The notes beneath the pieces were generated by a model, which was not told where the DNA came from, ran no database searches, and saw only the letters and a program-made list of their open reading frames with translations. Shown here piece by piece: positions 1-8,714 of a DNA stretch of 52,656 nucleotides (positions are counted from its first letter, which is position 1; every line of letters begins with the position of its first letter). Source of the DNA: an uncultured Methanosarcinales archaeon (GTDB taxonomy: Archaea; Nanobdellota; Nanobdellia; Woesearchaeales; CAYMBN01); contig CAYMBN010000011.1 in assembly GCA_964388715.1 (NCBI GenBank), forward strand, positions 1-52,656, given 5' to 3'. A program made the translations under genes and the position numbers.

Positions 1-177
1 TTGAAGGTTGGTGATACTGTAATGGTACAAGGGAATAAGACTGGTGTGTTTGAGCAGAAAATAAAGTCAATGCAGATTAATCATAAGAATGTTAAAAAGG
101 TTAAGAAAAGTGATAGGGTTGGATTAAAAGTTAATAAAGTAGTAAGAACTAATGATAAAGTGTTTATAATTTCTTAA
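1..177 (+). CDS. 3' end of a probable U32-family peptidase (C-terminal beta-barrel), partial
   Basis: Frame 1 reads LKVGDTVMVQGNKTGVFEQKIKSMQINHKNV...VGLKVNKVVRTNDKVFIIS*, resembling U32 C-terminal domains. Confidence 0.6.
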   Translation: MKVGDTVMVQGNKTGVFEQKIKSMQINHKNVKKVKKSDRVGLKVNKVVRTNDKVFIIS

Positions 178-341
178 GATCCTTCGAGTGTGTCTGAGAA
201 TTCTTCATCATAATAGTCTCTGTCATCAAAATGGTTACTAAAGTTGTCTGGTATAACAATTTCACGTATTATCTCAAATTCGTTCCCCTTTTCAGAGGTC
301 CATTTAAGATGCTTCCATTTAATGTCAGGAATTGCCCTCAC
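174..341 (-). CDS. small acidic hypothetical protein (~55 aa), not in ORF track
   Basis: Open frame VRAIPDIKWKHLKWTSEKGNEFEIIREIVIPDNFSNHFDDRDYYDEEFSDTLEGS*; minus-strand TATA-like box upstream; start codon uncertain. Confidence 0.5.
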   Translation of the reverse strand: MRAIPDIKWKHLKWTSEKGNEFEIIREIVIPDNFSNHFDDRDYYDEEFSDTLEGS

Positions 342-376
342 CCCGTATATACTATATATTATAGTTTTTTTAGTAT

Positions 377-460
377 ATAAATGTTTTGAAAAATCTAAGG
401 TGATTTTTCAAGACATTTATACTTAGAAATTTTTATGAAAATTTATCTTGTATAAACTTT
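377..460. repeat. AT-rich palindromic intergenic element (copy A)
   Basis: Inverted repeat 377-395 / 402-420 (18/19 match); clearly homologous to 7648-7726. Confidence 0.65.
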
Positions 461-554
461 GCTATTGTTTTTTCGAATAAAATGGAAATTGGATTGCATT
501 CTTTAGTACAACAAAATTTAAATAAATGTTAGATAATATCAGCTGTGGTGGCAA

Positions 555-1385
555 ATGAATACTGAAAAAGAGATTGTTAATTTTTGGTTGAATAAGAAAG
601 GGTATTTTACTATTAATAATATTAGAACTTCTACAAATAGAGATGTGGGTATTGTTGCGGTTATGTTTGAAAAAGGAATTATAAAAGAAGTAATCCATGT
701 TGGTGTGAGTTGTTCAATATCATCAAATGTTTCTATTGATAAGAAAAGTGTTAAAGATTTTATCAATAATAGATATTTACATAAGTCAATTAAAAGTAAA
801 GTTAATAATGTGATTAGAAAGATGGTGGGTAGTGGTATTAAACCAGAAAGGGTTGTTGTGATGCCGTTAACTAAATTGAAAAGAGATGTTACAAAAGAAG
901 TTTTTGCTACCCATGATATTAAGGTTATTGATTTTGTTGATGTTATTGTGGATTTGCTTGGTTTTTTAGATCAACATTATTATAAGAGTGATTATTTAAG
1001 AACATTGCAAGTGATAAAATATATTTTGTTGTCTGAATCTGATAAAGCAGGTGATTTGATTGTTGATGTTCTTAATCAAAACACAAGACCAGAGTTTTTA
1101 CTTTCATTGTTGAAAACAGATAAGATGAAAAAAAGTTTGAGAAGGGTTAAGTCAGAAGAAGATACACTAAATCTTTTGAAACATTCTGCGATGAAAAAAC
1201 CTGATAAGTTAGCTGATTTTTTAGTGGAAAACATTTTAACTTCTAAAACAAGAAGACCTTTTTTAATGAGCTTATTATCTCAGGAAAAAATGAACAAGTT
1301 GTTTAATGAGTTAGTTGAGTCAAAGAGTATGAAAAAAGTTCTTAAACACGATCAAAAATCATTACAGTCATTCTTTAGTAGCTAA
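555..1385 (+). CDS. hypothetical protein, N-terminal PD-(D/E)XK-like fold and C-terminal PIP box
   Basis: E-x-I-V-x-x-W-L-x-x-x-G-Y-F-T...D-V-G-I-V-A start resembles restriction-endonuclease folds; ends QKSLQSFF. Confidence 0.55.
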   Translation: MNTEKEIVNFWLNKKGYFTINNIRTSTNRDVGIVAVMFEKGIIKEVIHVGVSCSISSNVSIDKKSVKDFINNRYLHKSIKSKVNNVIRKMVGSGIKPERVVVMPLTKLKRDVTKEVFATHDIKVIDFVDVIVDLLGFLDQHYYKSDYLRTLQVIKYILLSESDKAGDLIVDVLNQNTRPEFLLSLLKTDKMKKSLRRVKSEEDTLNLLKHSAMKKPDKLADFLVENILTSKTRRPFLMSLLSQEKMNKLFNELVESKSMKKVLKHDQKSLQSFFSS

Positions 1386-1487
1386 AACCTCGTGCTAAAA
1401 AAGGGTTTATTTAGACGGGTAAAAACAAAACATTTAAATATGGGTTTTATTTTATCCTCTATAAATAACTAAAAGGGGGTTATAACT

Positions 1488-1745
1488 ATGGCACAAAAAG
1501 TAGCAAAAGTAGGAGTTAAAAAAGAGTCTGGTTATCTATATTTTGTAGATAAAAAAGGTAATGTCGCATGTGCAAAAATGGCACGTGGTAAAAAGAAAGG
1601 TAAAGCAAAAATTAAAGTAGTAGCAAAAGTTGGTATTAAAAAGAAAAAAGGATTTCTTTACTTCATTGATAAAAAAGGTGATATCTCCTGTGCAAAAATG
1701 GCACGTGGAGGAAAAAAGAAGAAAAGGAAAAAGAAGAAAAAATAA
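1488..1745 (+). CDS. small Lys-rich protein with an internal duplication, putative nucleic-acid binding
   Basis: Two copies of VAKVG(V/I)KKxxG(Y/F)LYF(V/I)DKKGxxxCAKMARG; GGGGG RBS; T-tract after stop. Confidence 0.75.
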   Translation: MAQKVAKVGVKKESGYLYFVDKKGNVACAKMARGKKKGKAKIKVVAKVGIKKKKGFLYFIDKKGDISCAKMARGGKKKKRKKKKK

Positions 1746-1766
1746 ATCTTTTTCTTTTTTATTTTT

Positions 1767-2786
1767 TTAAGCAACTTTTTTCTGAGCAGATTTTTTTTGA
1801 TGAGGAACTTTTTCTATTTTTTGGAGAACTTTTTCTCTTAACTTAATATGTTCTTGTACTTTAAAGTGCATGTATTGTCTTCTTGCTTGAGCTGTTAATT
1901 TTCTAAGTGATGATTCAAGTTCTTTGTGAGCTTTTGTTCTGGCTGGTAGTTTTAATAATTTTCCTTTATAACGAGACATTAAAATATTGGTGTTATGAGC
2001 AATTTTTTTAATGTCTTGTAATTCTGTTTCCCATAATTCAATTAGTTTTTTAATGTTTTCAACAAATTGCTGAAGATTTTTCTTTTTAATGTGACCTATA
2101 AGTTTATCAGCTTTTTTTTGGACAACACCTAATTCTATAATCTCTCTCTTAATTCTTTTACTTTTTGGTATTGTTGCTTGTAAACTTATATCATCTATTG
2201 CTTGTGTACTCATTACTCCTCTTTCAATATATTTTGCATTGAGGAATAATGAGTTAAGTAATGATTTTATTTGATGTTTTAATTGGTTTAATTTATTAAC
2301 TGTTAAATGCTTGAACTGTAGAACTACTTGTGGTGGTGCATTAGGAATTTTAAGAGCTTTGACTTTTTTAATAACATAATCAATATCTTCACCTTCTCTT
2401 TGAATTACTGTTCTATTATCAATTATTATATCTTCAAGGGCCTTGATTACCTTTTCAAATTCCTTTGATTCTTTTTTAAGAGTAGAATTTAATTGAGAAG
2501 TAAGTTCGTAGACTTCAGTACCTAATTTTTTTCTTTGCTTTTTGAAATTTTTGATCTGTTTTTTACTTGCTTTTTTCCCTGGATTCTGAATTTGTTTATT
2601 AAATCCTTCAATCTTTGATTTTAGCTTTTCAACAGTTTTAGTTTTTGATTTGATATCTCTCTCAAGTTCTGGTATTGATGCAATTTTTTTAATCATTCTT
2701 GAAAATAAAACAGAATCTAATGCAAGTCTACCTTTATACTTTTCAAAAGGGTTTAGGATGTCAAATATAAAAGAAAGCCATGACAT
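1767..2786 (-). CDS. basic coiled-coil hypothetical protein
   Basis: Long ORF with heptad-like K/E/L content; GGAGGT RBS before ATG at 2786. Confidence 0.75.
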   Translation of the reverse strand: MSWLSFIFDILNPFEKYKGRLALDSVLFSRMIKKIASIPELERDIKSKTKTVEKLKSKIEGFNKQIQNPGKKASKKQIKNFKKQRKKLGTEVYELTSQLNSTLKKESKEFEKVIKALEDIIIDNRTVIQREGEDIDYVIKKVKALKIPNAPPQVVLQFKHLTVNKLNQLKHQIKSLLNSLFLNAKYIERGVMSTQAIDDISLQATIPKSKRIKREIIELGVVQKKADKLIGHIKKKNLQQFVENIKKLIELWETELQDIKKIAHNTNILMSRYKGKLLKLPARTKAHKELESSLRKLTAQARRQYMHFKVQEHIKLREKVLQKIEKVPHQKKSAQKKVA

Positions 2787-2788
2787 GT

Positions 2789-3259
2789 TCAATACCTCCA
2801 CTTTTTATGGTAGTCACATAGTGGGATTTGTTTATTCATTTGGTATAGTAATGAAAGTGTTTCTAATTCTTTTGTATTGTGAATTATGTGTGTGCAATGT
2901 TCATTTGTGCAGTAACAATTGCTATAATGGTTTGCAAGAATATTATAACCAAGAATGAATGCTTGGCTGGAGTTTTGTATGTGTTTTAGTGATAGTGCTA
3001 TGTTTGTTTGTTTTTCATCTTTAATTTCAATAAACCTTTCTTGGTTACGGTGTGTTAAAATAAGGTTAAGATGTTTTTTTCTTAAGTCTTTTTTTCTTCT
3101 TTCAAAAAAGTCACGATGTGAGTCAATTGATTTCCAATCTTCTTGATTGTTGACTGGAGAAAGGTTCATTTTATCTTTAATAAAGTGGTTTAATCCTTTT
3201 ATTACTGACTCAGAGATTCTTGGTTTTATTTCTGGTGATGTGATATAATTTATTTTCAT
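2789..3259 (-). CDS. hypothetical protein with Cys/His cluster
   Basis: CYCTNEHC...LCDYH; translationally coupled to sppA. Confidence 0.65.
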   Translation of the reverse strand: MKINYITSPEIKPRISESVIKGLNHFIKDKMNLSPVNNQEDWKSIDSHRDFFERRKKDLRKKHLNLILTHRNQERFIEIKDEKQTNIALSLKHIQNSSQAFILGYNILANHYSNCYCTNEHCTHIIHNTKELETLSLLYQMNKQIPLCDYHKKWRY

Positions 3260-4131
3260 GTTTGTATCCTTAAATCTTGTTTTATTGTTTTTTGGGAAAG
3301 GGTTTTTGTTAATATATCCATGAAACTTTTAGTTTTTATATATCTGGTGAGAGTTACTTCTGTTATGTTAAGATCTTGTTTTATTTTATTTTTTAGTGTG
3401 TAATAATCACCAAATTCATCAATTAAGTTAAGTTCTTTTGCTTGTTGTGCAATAAAAATGTTTCCTGTTGATATTTTATCAATTATTTCCTTATTAATAT
3501 TTCTATTTTCTGCAATAGAGTTTACAAGATGTGTATGGGTTTTGTTAAGAATTGTTTGTAATATTTCAATTTCTTCATCTGTTAATTTTCTAAAAGGACT
3601 TCCTATATCTTTGAATTTTCCTGAAACTAATCTTTGATATGTTATGTTATAATGGTCAAGTAATCCTGAGAATTCTAAATAAGAAGAGGTTGCTGCAATA
3701 TTACCAATGATTGAAAGTTCGTTTGCAATAATATTATCTGTAGCACTTGCTATCCAATATGCTGCACTTGCTGCGATCTCTCTTACTAGTGCATAAGTTG
3801 GTTTTTCTGTTCTTTTTATTGCGTCAACTATTTCTTTTGCTGCAACTGCACTGCCACCACCCGAATTAATCTCAAAAACAATTGCTTTTATTGAAGGGTT
3901 TTGTTCTGCGGATTCAATGTATTCTATTACTTGTGATGAGGATGTTATTGTTTGGTCTAATAAGTAACTTGAGTCACCAACTAAGATTGTTCCTGTGATT
4001 GGAATAACAGCAATGTTTCCTGCTGAAAAGGTTTCATCTGACATGAATGTTGCAATTAGGTATGAAACTAGAAAAAGTCCTATCAATACCATAATTGTGT
4101 ACTTGATTTTGTTGATTTGTCTTTTTTTCAT
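3256..4131 (-). CDS. sppA: signal peptide peptidase SppA (S49)
   Basis: N-terminal TM helix; INSGGGS, AASAAYWIASA and SGKFKD motifs. Confidence 0.92.
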   Translation of the reverse strand: MKKRQINKIKYTIMVLIGLFLVSYLIATFMSDETFSAGNIAVIPITGTILVGDSSYLLDQTITSSSQVIEYIESAEQNPSIKAIVFEINSGGGSAVAAKEIVDAIKRTEKPTYALVREIAASAAYWIASATDNIIANELSIIGNIAATSSYLEFSGLLDHYNITYQRLVSGKFKDIGSPFRKLTDEEIEILQTILNKTHTHLVNSIAENRNINKEIIDKISTGNIFIAQQAKELNLIDEFGDYYTLKNKIKQDLNITEVTLTRYIKTKSFMDILTKTLSQKTIKQDLRIQT

Positions 4132-4613
4132 TTTAATTTGTAAGCTTGGACAGTGTGTACATGTGAAATTCTTTCCATGAAACGTTGATTGTTTTTTGTG
4201 AAAATGATATATATTGGGTCAACAATCCAAAGTATTGCGAATGGAAAAAAAGGTAGGAATGTTAAGTTTGATAATAGATATTGCCAAAAACGAGGTTGTT
4301 TTTTTTGTGAAACTGTGAAGATTTTCATAATCATTTTACCTATTGTTTGTTGGGTTTTGAATTCTAGGATTGTGAAGTATAATATTCCTAGTGTTGCGAT
4401 TATCCCCATTATCATGGAAAGTTTATATGATACCTGTGGATTGCTCATTATAAAATTCATTACCTCTGAATATGATGTTCCTGGAACAATATTTTTAAGA
4501 TGTGATCTAAAAGGAGCTGCGATAATAAGTTCAATAATTAGAATATCAATGACAAATGCTAGAATCCTCTTCCAGAGTAATGCTGGTGCTAGGAATACTC
4601 CTCTTTTTTTCAT
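4128..4613 (-). CDS. RDD family membrane protein
   Basis: LWKRILAFVIDIL and QTIGKMIMKI motifs. Confidence 0.88.
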   Translation of the reverse strand: MKKRGVFLAPALLWKRILAFVIDILIIELIIAAPFRSHLKNIVPGTSYSEVMNFIMSNPQVSYKLSMIMGIIATLGILYFTILEFKTQQTIGKMIMKIFTVSQKKQPRFWQYLLSNLTFLPFFPFAILWIVDPIYIIFTKNNQRFMERISHVHTVQAYKLK

Positions 4614-4647
4614 ATTCAGTATTATTTGTTTGGATATTTATAAATCT

Positions 4648-4740
4648 TTTGGGAATAAAGAATTTTAAAAACAGAGTTTTTAAACCGTCAAGCAGAGCTT
4701 GAAGTTCCCAAACCATTTAGAAATTTCTTCTAAAAGTTTT
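4648..4740. repeat. AT-rich palindromic intergenic element with CAGAG-loop hairpins
   Basis: TTTAAAAACAGAGTTTTTAAA and TCAAGCAGAGCTTGA nested in TTTGGGAA/TTCCCAAA, then TTTAGAAATTTCTTCTAAA. Confidence 0.6.
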
Positions 4741-4755
4741 CAAAACATTTATAAA
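4741..4755 (+). promoter_or_regulatory. archaeal BRE/TATA promoter of aIF1A (likely leaderless mRNA)
   Basis: CAAAACATTTATAAA ends ~22 nt before ATG 4778 with no SD; similar motifs precede many genes in the window. Confidence 0.65.
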
Positions 4756-4777
4756 GTGAATTCTATTTTTCTGTGTT

Positions 4778-5122
4778 ATGAGTCGTAAAAAGGAAGAACA
4801 AGCTAAACAAGAACAACTTGCAGAAGAAATTAGAAGGACTAAGCTGCCAAGAGGTAACCAAAGTATAGGTATTGTAGAACAAAGACTTGGTGGTTCTAGG
4901 ATGTATGTTAGATGTCTTGATGGTAAAACAAGAGTTTGTAGGATTCCTGGAAGGCTTAAAAGAAGGTTATGGGTCAGAGAAGGTGACCTTGTTATTGTCC
5001 AACCATGGGAATTAGGTGGAGAAACAAAAGGTGATGTTGTCTTTAAATATAGGCCATCACAAATTCAGTTCTTAAAGAGGAAGGGATATTTGAAAAAACT
5101 TGAAGAAATGGATGAGTTTTAG
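4778..5122 (+). CDS. eif1a: translation initiation factor aIF-1A
   Basis: GIVEQRLGGSRMYVRCLDGKTRVCRIPGRLKRRLWVREGDLVIVQPW. Confidence 0.96.
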   Translation: MSRKKEEQAKQEQLAEEIRRTKLPRGNQSIGIVEQRLGGSRMYVRCLDGKTRVCRIPGRLKRRLWVREGDLVIVQPWELGGETKGDVVFKYRPSQIQFLKRKGYLKKLEEMDEF

Positions 5123-5282
5123 GATTCTTTTAATTTAACTTGAGAAATTTTTCCTATTAATTTCATAACCAACTGGTAATTATTTTGGAAATATTTTTAC
5201 TACTCTAAAATGGAAATATTTAAATATGAGTTTACTTTTATTTAAGAGTATTATTATGAATTATGAAAACGGGGGGATATAA

Positions 5283-5926
5283 ATGAAAAAATGTTCTGGA
5301 ACACTTATTATACTTGATATGGCTCTTTTGGTTATGATATTTGGTTCTGTTTTATTATTGTTTAAGTTAAGTAGTAGGTTTATTATACAACAATTATTTT
5401 TGCAATTATTATTCTTGTTAATTGGATTTATTGGATTAGTTGCATGTTATAAGAATAAAAGTTATGGATTTAATTTACTTGCACTTGTATTTGGTGTTGG
5501 TTTAATTAATCTGCTTGTTGTTTACTTTACCAGAGGCGGTGGTCTTGTAAAAACAGGTGTGTTAGCGATTGTTGCTGCATTTGCATTTATTGTTTCACTT
5601 GCAAAGATGAGTAGTTGTTGTGTGTGTAGTTTAGATAAAGAAGAAGGGTATCAAGAAAAACTTGAGAAAGTTGCTAGGGAAAGAGTTGAGTCTGAAGCTG
5701 AACCTTTGGGAGAAGTTCCTGAAGTTGAAGTGTATGGTGGAAAAGGTAAGAAAGCAACAAAGAAATCTAAAGCACAGTTTAAGCCTGGTAAGTTTATTGC
5801 AAGTAAAAAAGGTACAAAGTTTCACACTGCAAAATGTGATTGGGCAAAAAAGATTGACAAGCGTAACAGAGTTTGGCTAAAGAAGCTAAGAAAAAAGGTT
5901 ATAAAGCTTGTAATTGTGTTAAGTAA
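5283..5926 (+). pseudogene. 4-TM membrane protein with C-terminal Ada-type metal-binding domain, frameshifted near 5880
   Basis: ASKKGTKFHTAKCDWAKKIDKRNRVWL in frame; the expected EAKKKGYKACNCVK* continues in the -1 frame (5882-5926). Confidence 0.7.
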
Positions 5927-5927
5927 T

Positions 5928-6347
5928 TTATTTTTTTTCTTTCCATAAATGTATGACAACTAATATTGCACCTATTACGATTGCAGAATCAGCTAGATTA
6001 AAGATAGGCCATATTCTGAGGTCAATAAAGTCAATGACATAGCCGAGGAGTACTCTGTCTATTAAGTTACCTATTGTGCCGCCTAAGATTAGGGCAGCTG
6101 GTATTTTAAGTTTCTTTGGAATTTCTTTGTAATAACCAATTATGTATGCGATTACGATTGCAGAGATAAGTATTAAGAATGTTCTTTGATTTTGGAAGAG
6201 TGAGAATGCTGCACCTGTGTTATGGGTAACATTAATGAGGAATGTGTGAATGTTTAGCTTGTTAAGAAAATGTTTGGTTATTTGATCTATTAAGATTACT
6301 GTTAATGTAATTAAAGAAAAAAGATGATGTTTCTTCATTTTTACCAT
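5928..6347 (-). CDS. lspA: lipoprotein signal peptidase (signal peptidase II)
   Basis: DQITK, NTGAAFS, GNLIDR, VIDFI and FNLADSAI motifs. Confidence 0.93.
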   Translation of the reverse strand: MVKMKKHHLFSLITLTVILIDQITKHFLNKLNIHTFLINVTHNTGAAFSLFQNQRTFLILISAIVIAYIIGYYKEIPKKLKIPAALILGGTIGNLIDRVLLGYVIDFIDLRIWPIFNLADSAIVIGAILVVIHLWKEKK

Positions 6348-6772
6348 GTTTTTCTTTTTAGAGGTTTTTCTTGTTCTTTTGCAAGTCGTTCAAGATGAAG
6401 TAATCTTTGGTTAATGCTTTCTAATGTTGCACGGATTGCGTCAAGTTTATAATTCATTATCTCAACATCTTTGCTTAGCTCTGTGTTTTGAACTGGTTGT
6501 TGTTGAGGCATTTGTGGTTGTTGACTTTGTTTTGGAATTCCACCAATTGGTTGGCGTTCAAATGGGACTTCTTTGTAAGTATAGTGGTCATCAAACTCTG
6601 ACGGACCTTTTTTTCCTAAAAAATCACTTGATTTTGTGCCGATTGGATTTAAATCACTTGGGCTTGCGCCTTTGTTACTTGTTATGTTGATTGGATCTTT
6701 GTCAAAGTCTAAGCCAAGGTCTGAAAAATCATCTTTCTTTTTCCAAAATTGTAATTTATCTAAAAATGCCAT
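6341..6772 (-). CDS. hypothetical protein, disordered middle and C-terminal coiled coil
   Basis: MAFLDKLQFWKK start, Q/P-rich linker, KLDAIRATLESINQRLLHLE. Confidence 0.75.
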   Translation of the reverse strand: MAFLDKLQFWKKKDDFSDLGLDFDKDPINITSNKGASPSDLNPIGTKSSDFLGKKGPSEFDDHYTYKEVPFERQPIGGIPKQSQQPQMPQQQPVQNTELSKDVEIMNYKLDAIRATLESINQRLLHLERLAKEQEKPLKRKTW

Positions 6773-6773
6773 T

Positions 6774-7544
6774 TTAAATTTCTTCTTCAACCTTTTCTTT
6801 TAGTTTTTCCTTAACTTTTTCTGTTGCTTTTTGTGTGTATTTTTTTACTGTTGAAGTTGGTACTGATTTAATTATCTTAAACACTGATGTACAAGGGTGT
6901 ACTTTTATGTTTTCTGCTTTAAGTTCTTCAATAAGGAATAAGTTACTCTGTTCTATGTTTTCTGCAATAAGACCAACAAAGATATGTGCTTTGAATTGAA
7001 CTTGGTCTATGTCAGAAGTTAAGTCTTTGAACTCTTCTTTTGCGTCTTCAACTTCATAATCTTTTCTTTTTGCCATTTCTTCTGCAAATAAATCAATTGG
7101 ATTATCTGATCTTAACATTTCAAACAGATAATATTTTGGGAATGATTCTTCTTTTATTGTTAAATCCTTTGTTTTGTTAAATGCGTTTATGTTTGTAATA
7201 ACAAGTCTGTCGTGTTCACCTTTAATTTCATCAAGATCTTCTAGTGTGTTGAAATTGTCAATCTCTGTTAATGTTAAGAATTCTGTTTCTTCAAAATCAT
7301 CAAATGTTGCAGAGAAACCTGCTAAATATTTTCCGTCGTCTTCTAGTAAAAAGATTTTTGGTTGGTCCCAATTATCTCTTAAATCTTGAATATCAGTGTA
7401 TGCAAATAAGCTTGCGATTAAGAGAACTACAACCAGTAATCCTGCTACATATATCAAACTTTTAATCACCTTCCTAAAAACAAAAAATATTATGATAATA
7501 GCAATAATAGTAAGAATTCCATATGTTAATATTGATGGGTCCAT
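6774..7544 (-). CDS. membrane-anchored acidic hypothetical protein
   Basis: Two N-terminal TM segments; GAGGTGA RBS. Confidence 0.8.
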   Translation of the reverse strand: MDPSILTYGILTIIAIIIIFFVFRKVIKSLIYVAGLLVVVLLIASLFAYTDIQDLRDNWDQPKIFLLEDDGKYLAGFSATFDDFEETEFLTLTEIDNFNTLEDLDEIKGEHDRLVITNINAFNKTKDLTIKEESFPKYYLFEMLRSDNPIDLFAEEMAKRKDYEVEDAKEEFKDLTSDIDQVQFKAHIFVGLIAENIEQSNLFLIEELKAENIKVHPCTSVFKIIKSVPTSTVKKYTQKATEKVKEKLKEKVEEEI

Positions 7545-7587
7545 TAAGTTTCACCTCTTTATAAAATAATAGGGAAGTTTGGTATAT

Positions 7588-7726
7588 TTAAATGTTTTGT
7601 AAATTCTTTGAATTTTCAAACCGTTTAAAAATTGAAAATTTTTAAAAGTTTTGAAAAATCCCTTGAATTTTTTTAAGACATTTAAACTTAGAAAATTGAA
7701 AAATTTTATCTCGTTTAAATGTTTTT
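7588..7726. repeat. AT-rich palindromic intergenic element (copy B, compound)
   Basis: Chain of inverted repeats joined by AAACCGTTT; 3' part homologous to 383-460. Confidence 0.65.
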
Positions 7727-7766
7727 ATTAATATTTGTAAAAAAAGTAAAATAAGAAAGAAAAAGT

Positions 7767-8198
7767 TTATTCTGTTGGTTGTGCTTCTGGAGCTTCTTTT
7801 ACTTCTGCTGTTTGTGTGCTTCTGTAGATGCTTGCAAAGTTAGGTGTTGCAACAATCCAGTCTTCACCAAAGCCAGCAATGTCTCCATCAATTGCATCAC
7901 ATGTCTTTTTTAGTTTGTTAATCACTCTTTTTAGTTCAACAAGATCCTTGTCTTTTAAAGGTTTTATGTTGACCAAAGCAATTGTGTAACCTTCTCTTAG
8001 AGCATCAAGAATCTGTTTTATGTCCTCAAATTCTTCGATCATGAATGGTCTAACCATGATTTTTGTGTGACCTTCAGCGCGAGGAGTAGATTCAAGTTCA
8101 ACATATTCTTCAGCGTGCTCTCCAGGAATCTCTGCATCACTAGTCATTGCAAATCTAGAACCGATTTTCTCTTTCATATTGGATAAAAATTTTTTCAT
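7767..8198 (-). CDS. sepF: cell division protein SepF
   Basis: EEYVEL...ILDALREGYTIALVNIKPL...IDGDIAG...IVATP. Confidence 0.88.
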   Translation of the reverse strand: MKKFLSNMKEKIGSRFAMTSDAEIPGEHAEEYVELESTPRAEGHTKIMVRPFMIEEFEDIKQILDALREGYTIALVNIKPLKDKDLVELKRVINKLKKTCDAIDGDIAGFGEDWIVATPNFASIYRSTQTAEVKEAPEAQPTE

Positions 8199-8308
8199 TG
8201 TTCTTGCCCTCCTTTAGAGTACTAAATAAAATGTTAGGTCAAGAGATATTTAAATGTTTTGTTTTTTACGTGTAAAAAGGTTATTATCAACTTAGGGCGA
8301 AAAGGTGG

Positions 8309-8551
8309 TTATTTCCACGCAGAATGCCCGAATTGGATAAGAAGATCAGCTTTAAAATTAGGAATATCGCATGCCCCAAAGCAAGAACCAAGCCAGATCA
8401 ATGGTTTTATATTTGTTTGTTTTTGGATTTTATCTGTAATTTCTTTTGCTTTTGGTTTTAAACCATCTGGTAGTTGGATAATTACTGTTTTTGGGTTGGA
8501 TTCTTGGATTTCTTTGATGATTTTGTTTAATTCAAGGTTGTAATTGTTCAT
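8309..8551 (-). CDS. short Dph2-like (diphthamide synthesis) protein, N-terminal domain only
   Basis: IQLPDGLK, CFGACD and QFGHS motifs; only 80 aa. Confidence 0.8.
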   Translation of the reverse strand: MNNYNLELNKIIKEIQESNPKTVIIQLPDGLKPKAKEITDKIQKQTNIKPLIWLGSCFGACDIPNFKADLLIQFGHSAWK

Positions 8552-8639
8552 TATGATGTGATATTCTTGATTTTTTTAAAAATATTGTGGTTATTTAGGA
8601 AAGATTTATTAATAAAAATAGGAAATTAAGGTACACAAA

Positions 8640-8714
8640 GCCCTGTTGGTGTAGCCCGGCCAATCATTTCGCCCTCTCGAGGCGAAGACTCGAGTTCAAA
8701 TCTGGGACAGGGCA
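8640..8714 (+). tRNA. tRNA-Glu(CTC)
   Basis: GCCCTGT/ACAGGGC acceptor stem, TCGCC-CTCTCGA-GGCGA anticodon arm, TTCAAAT T-loop; CCA not encoded. Confidence 0.93.

Noticed and set aside
5846..5852. A-AAA-AAG slippery site as a programmed -1 frameshift
   Set aside because: The -1 frame hits TGA at 5855 and TAA at 5864, so it cannot reach the Cys-containing tail.
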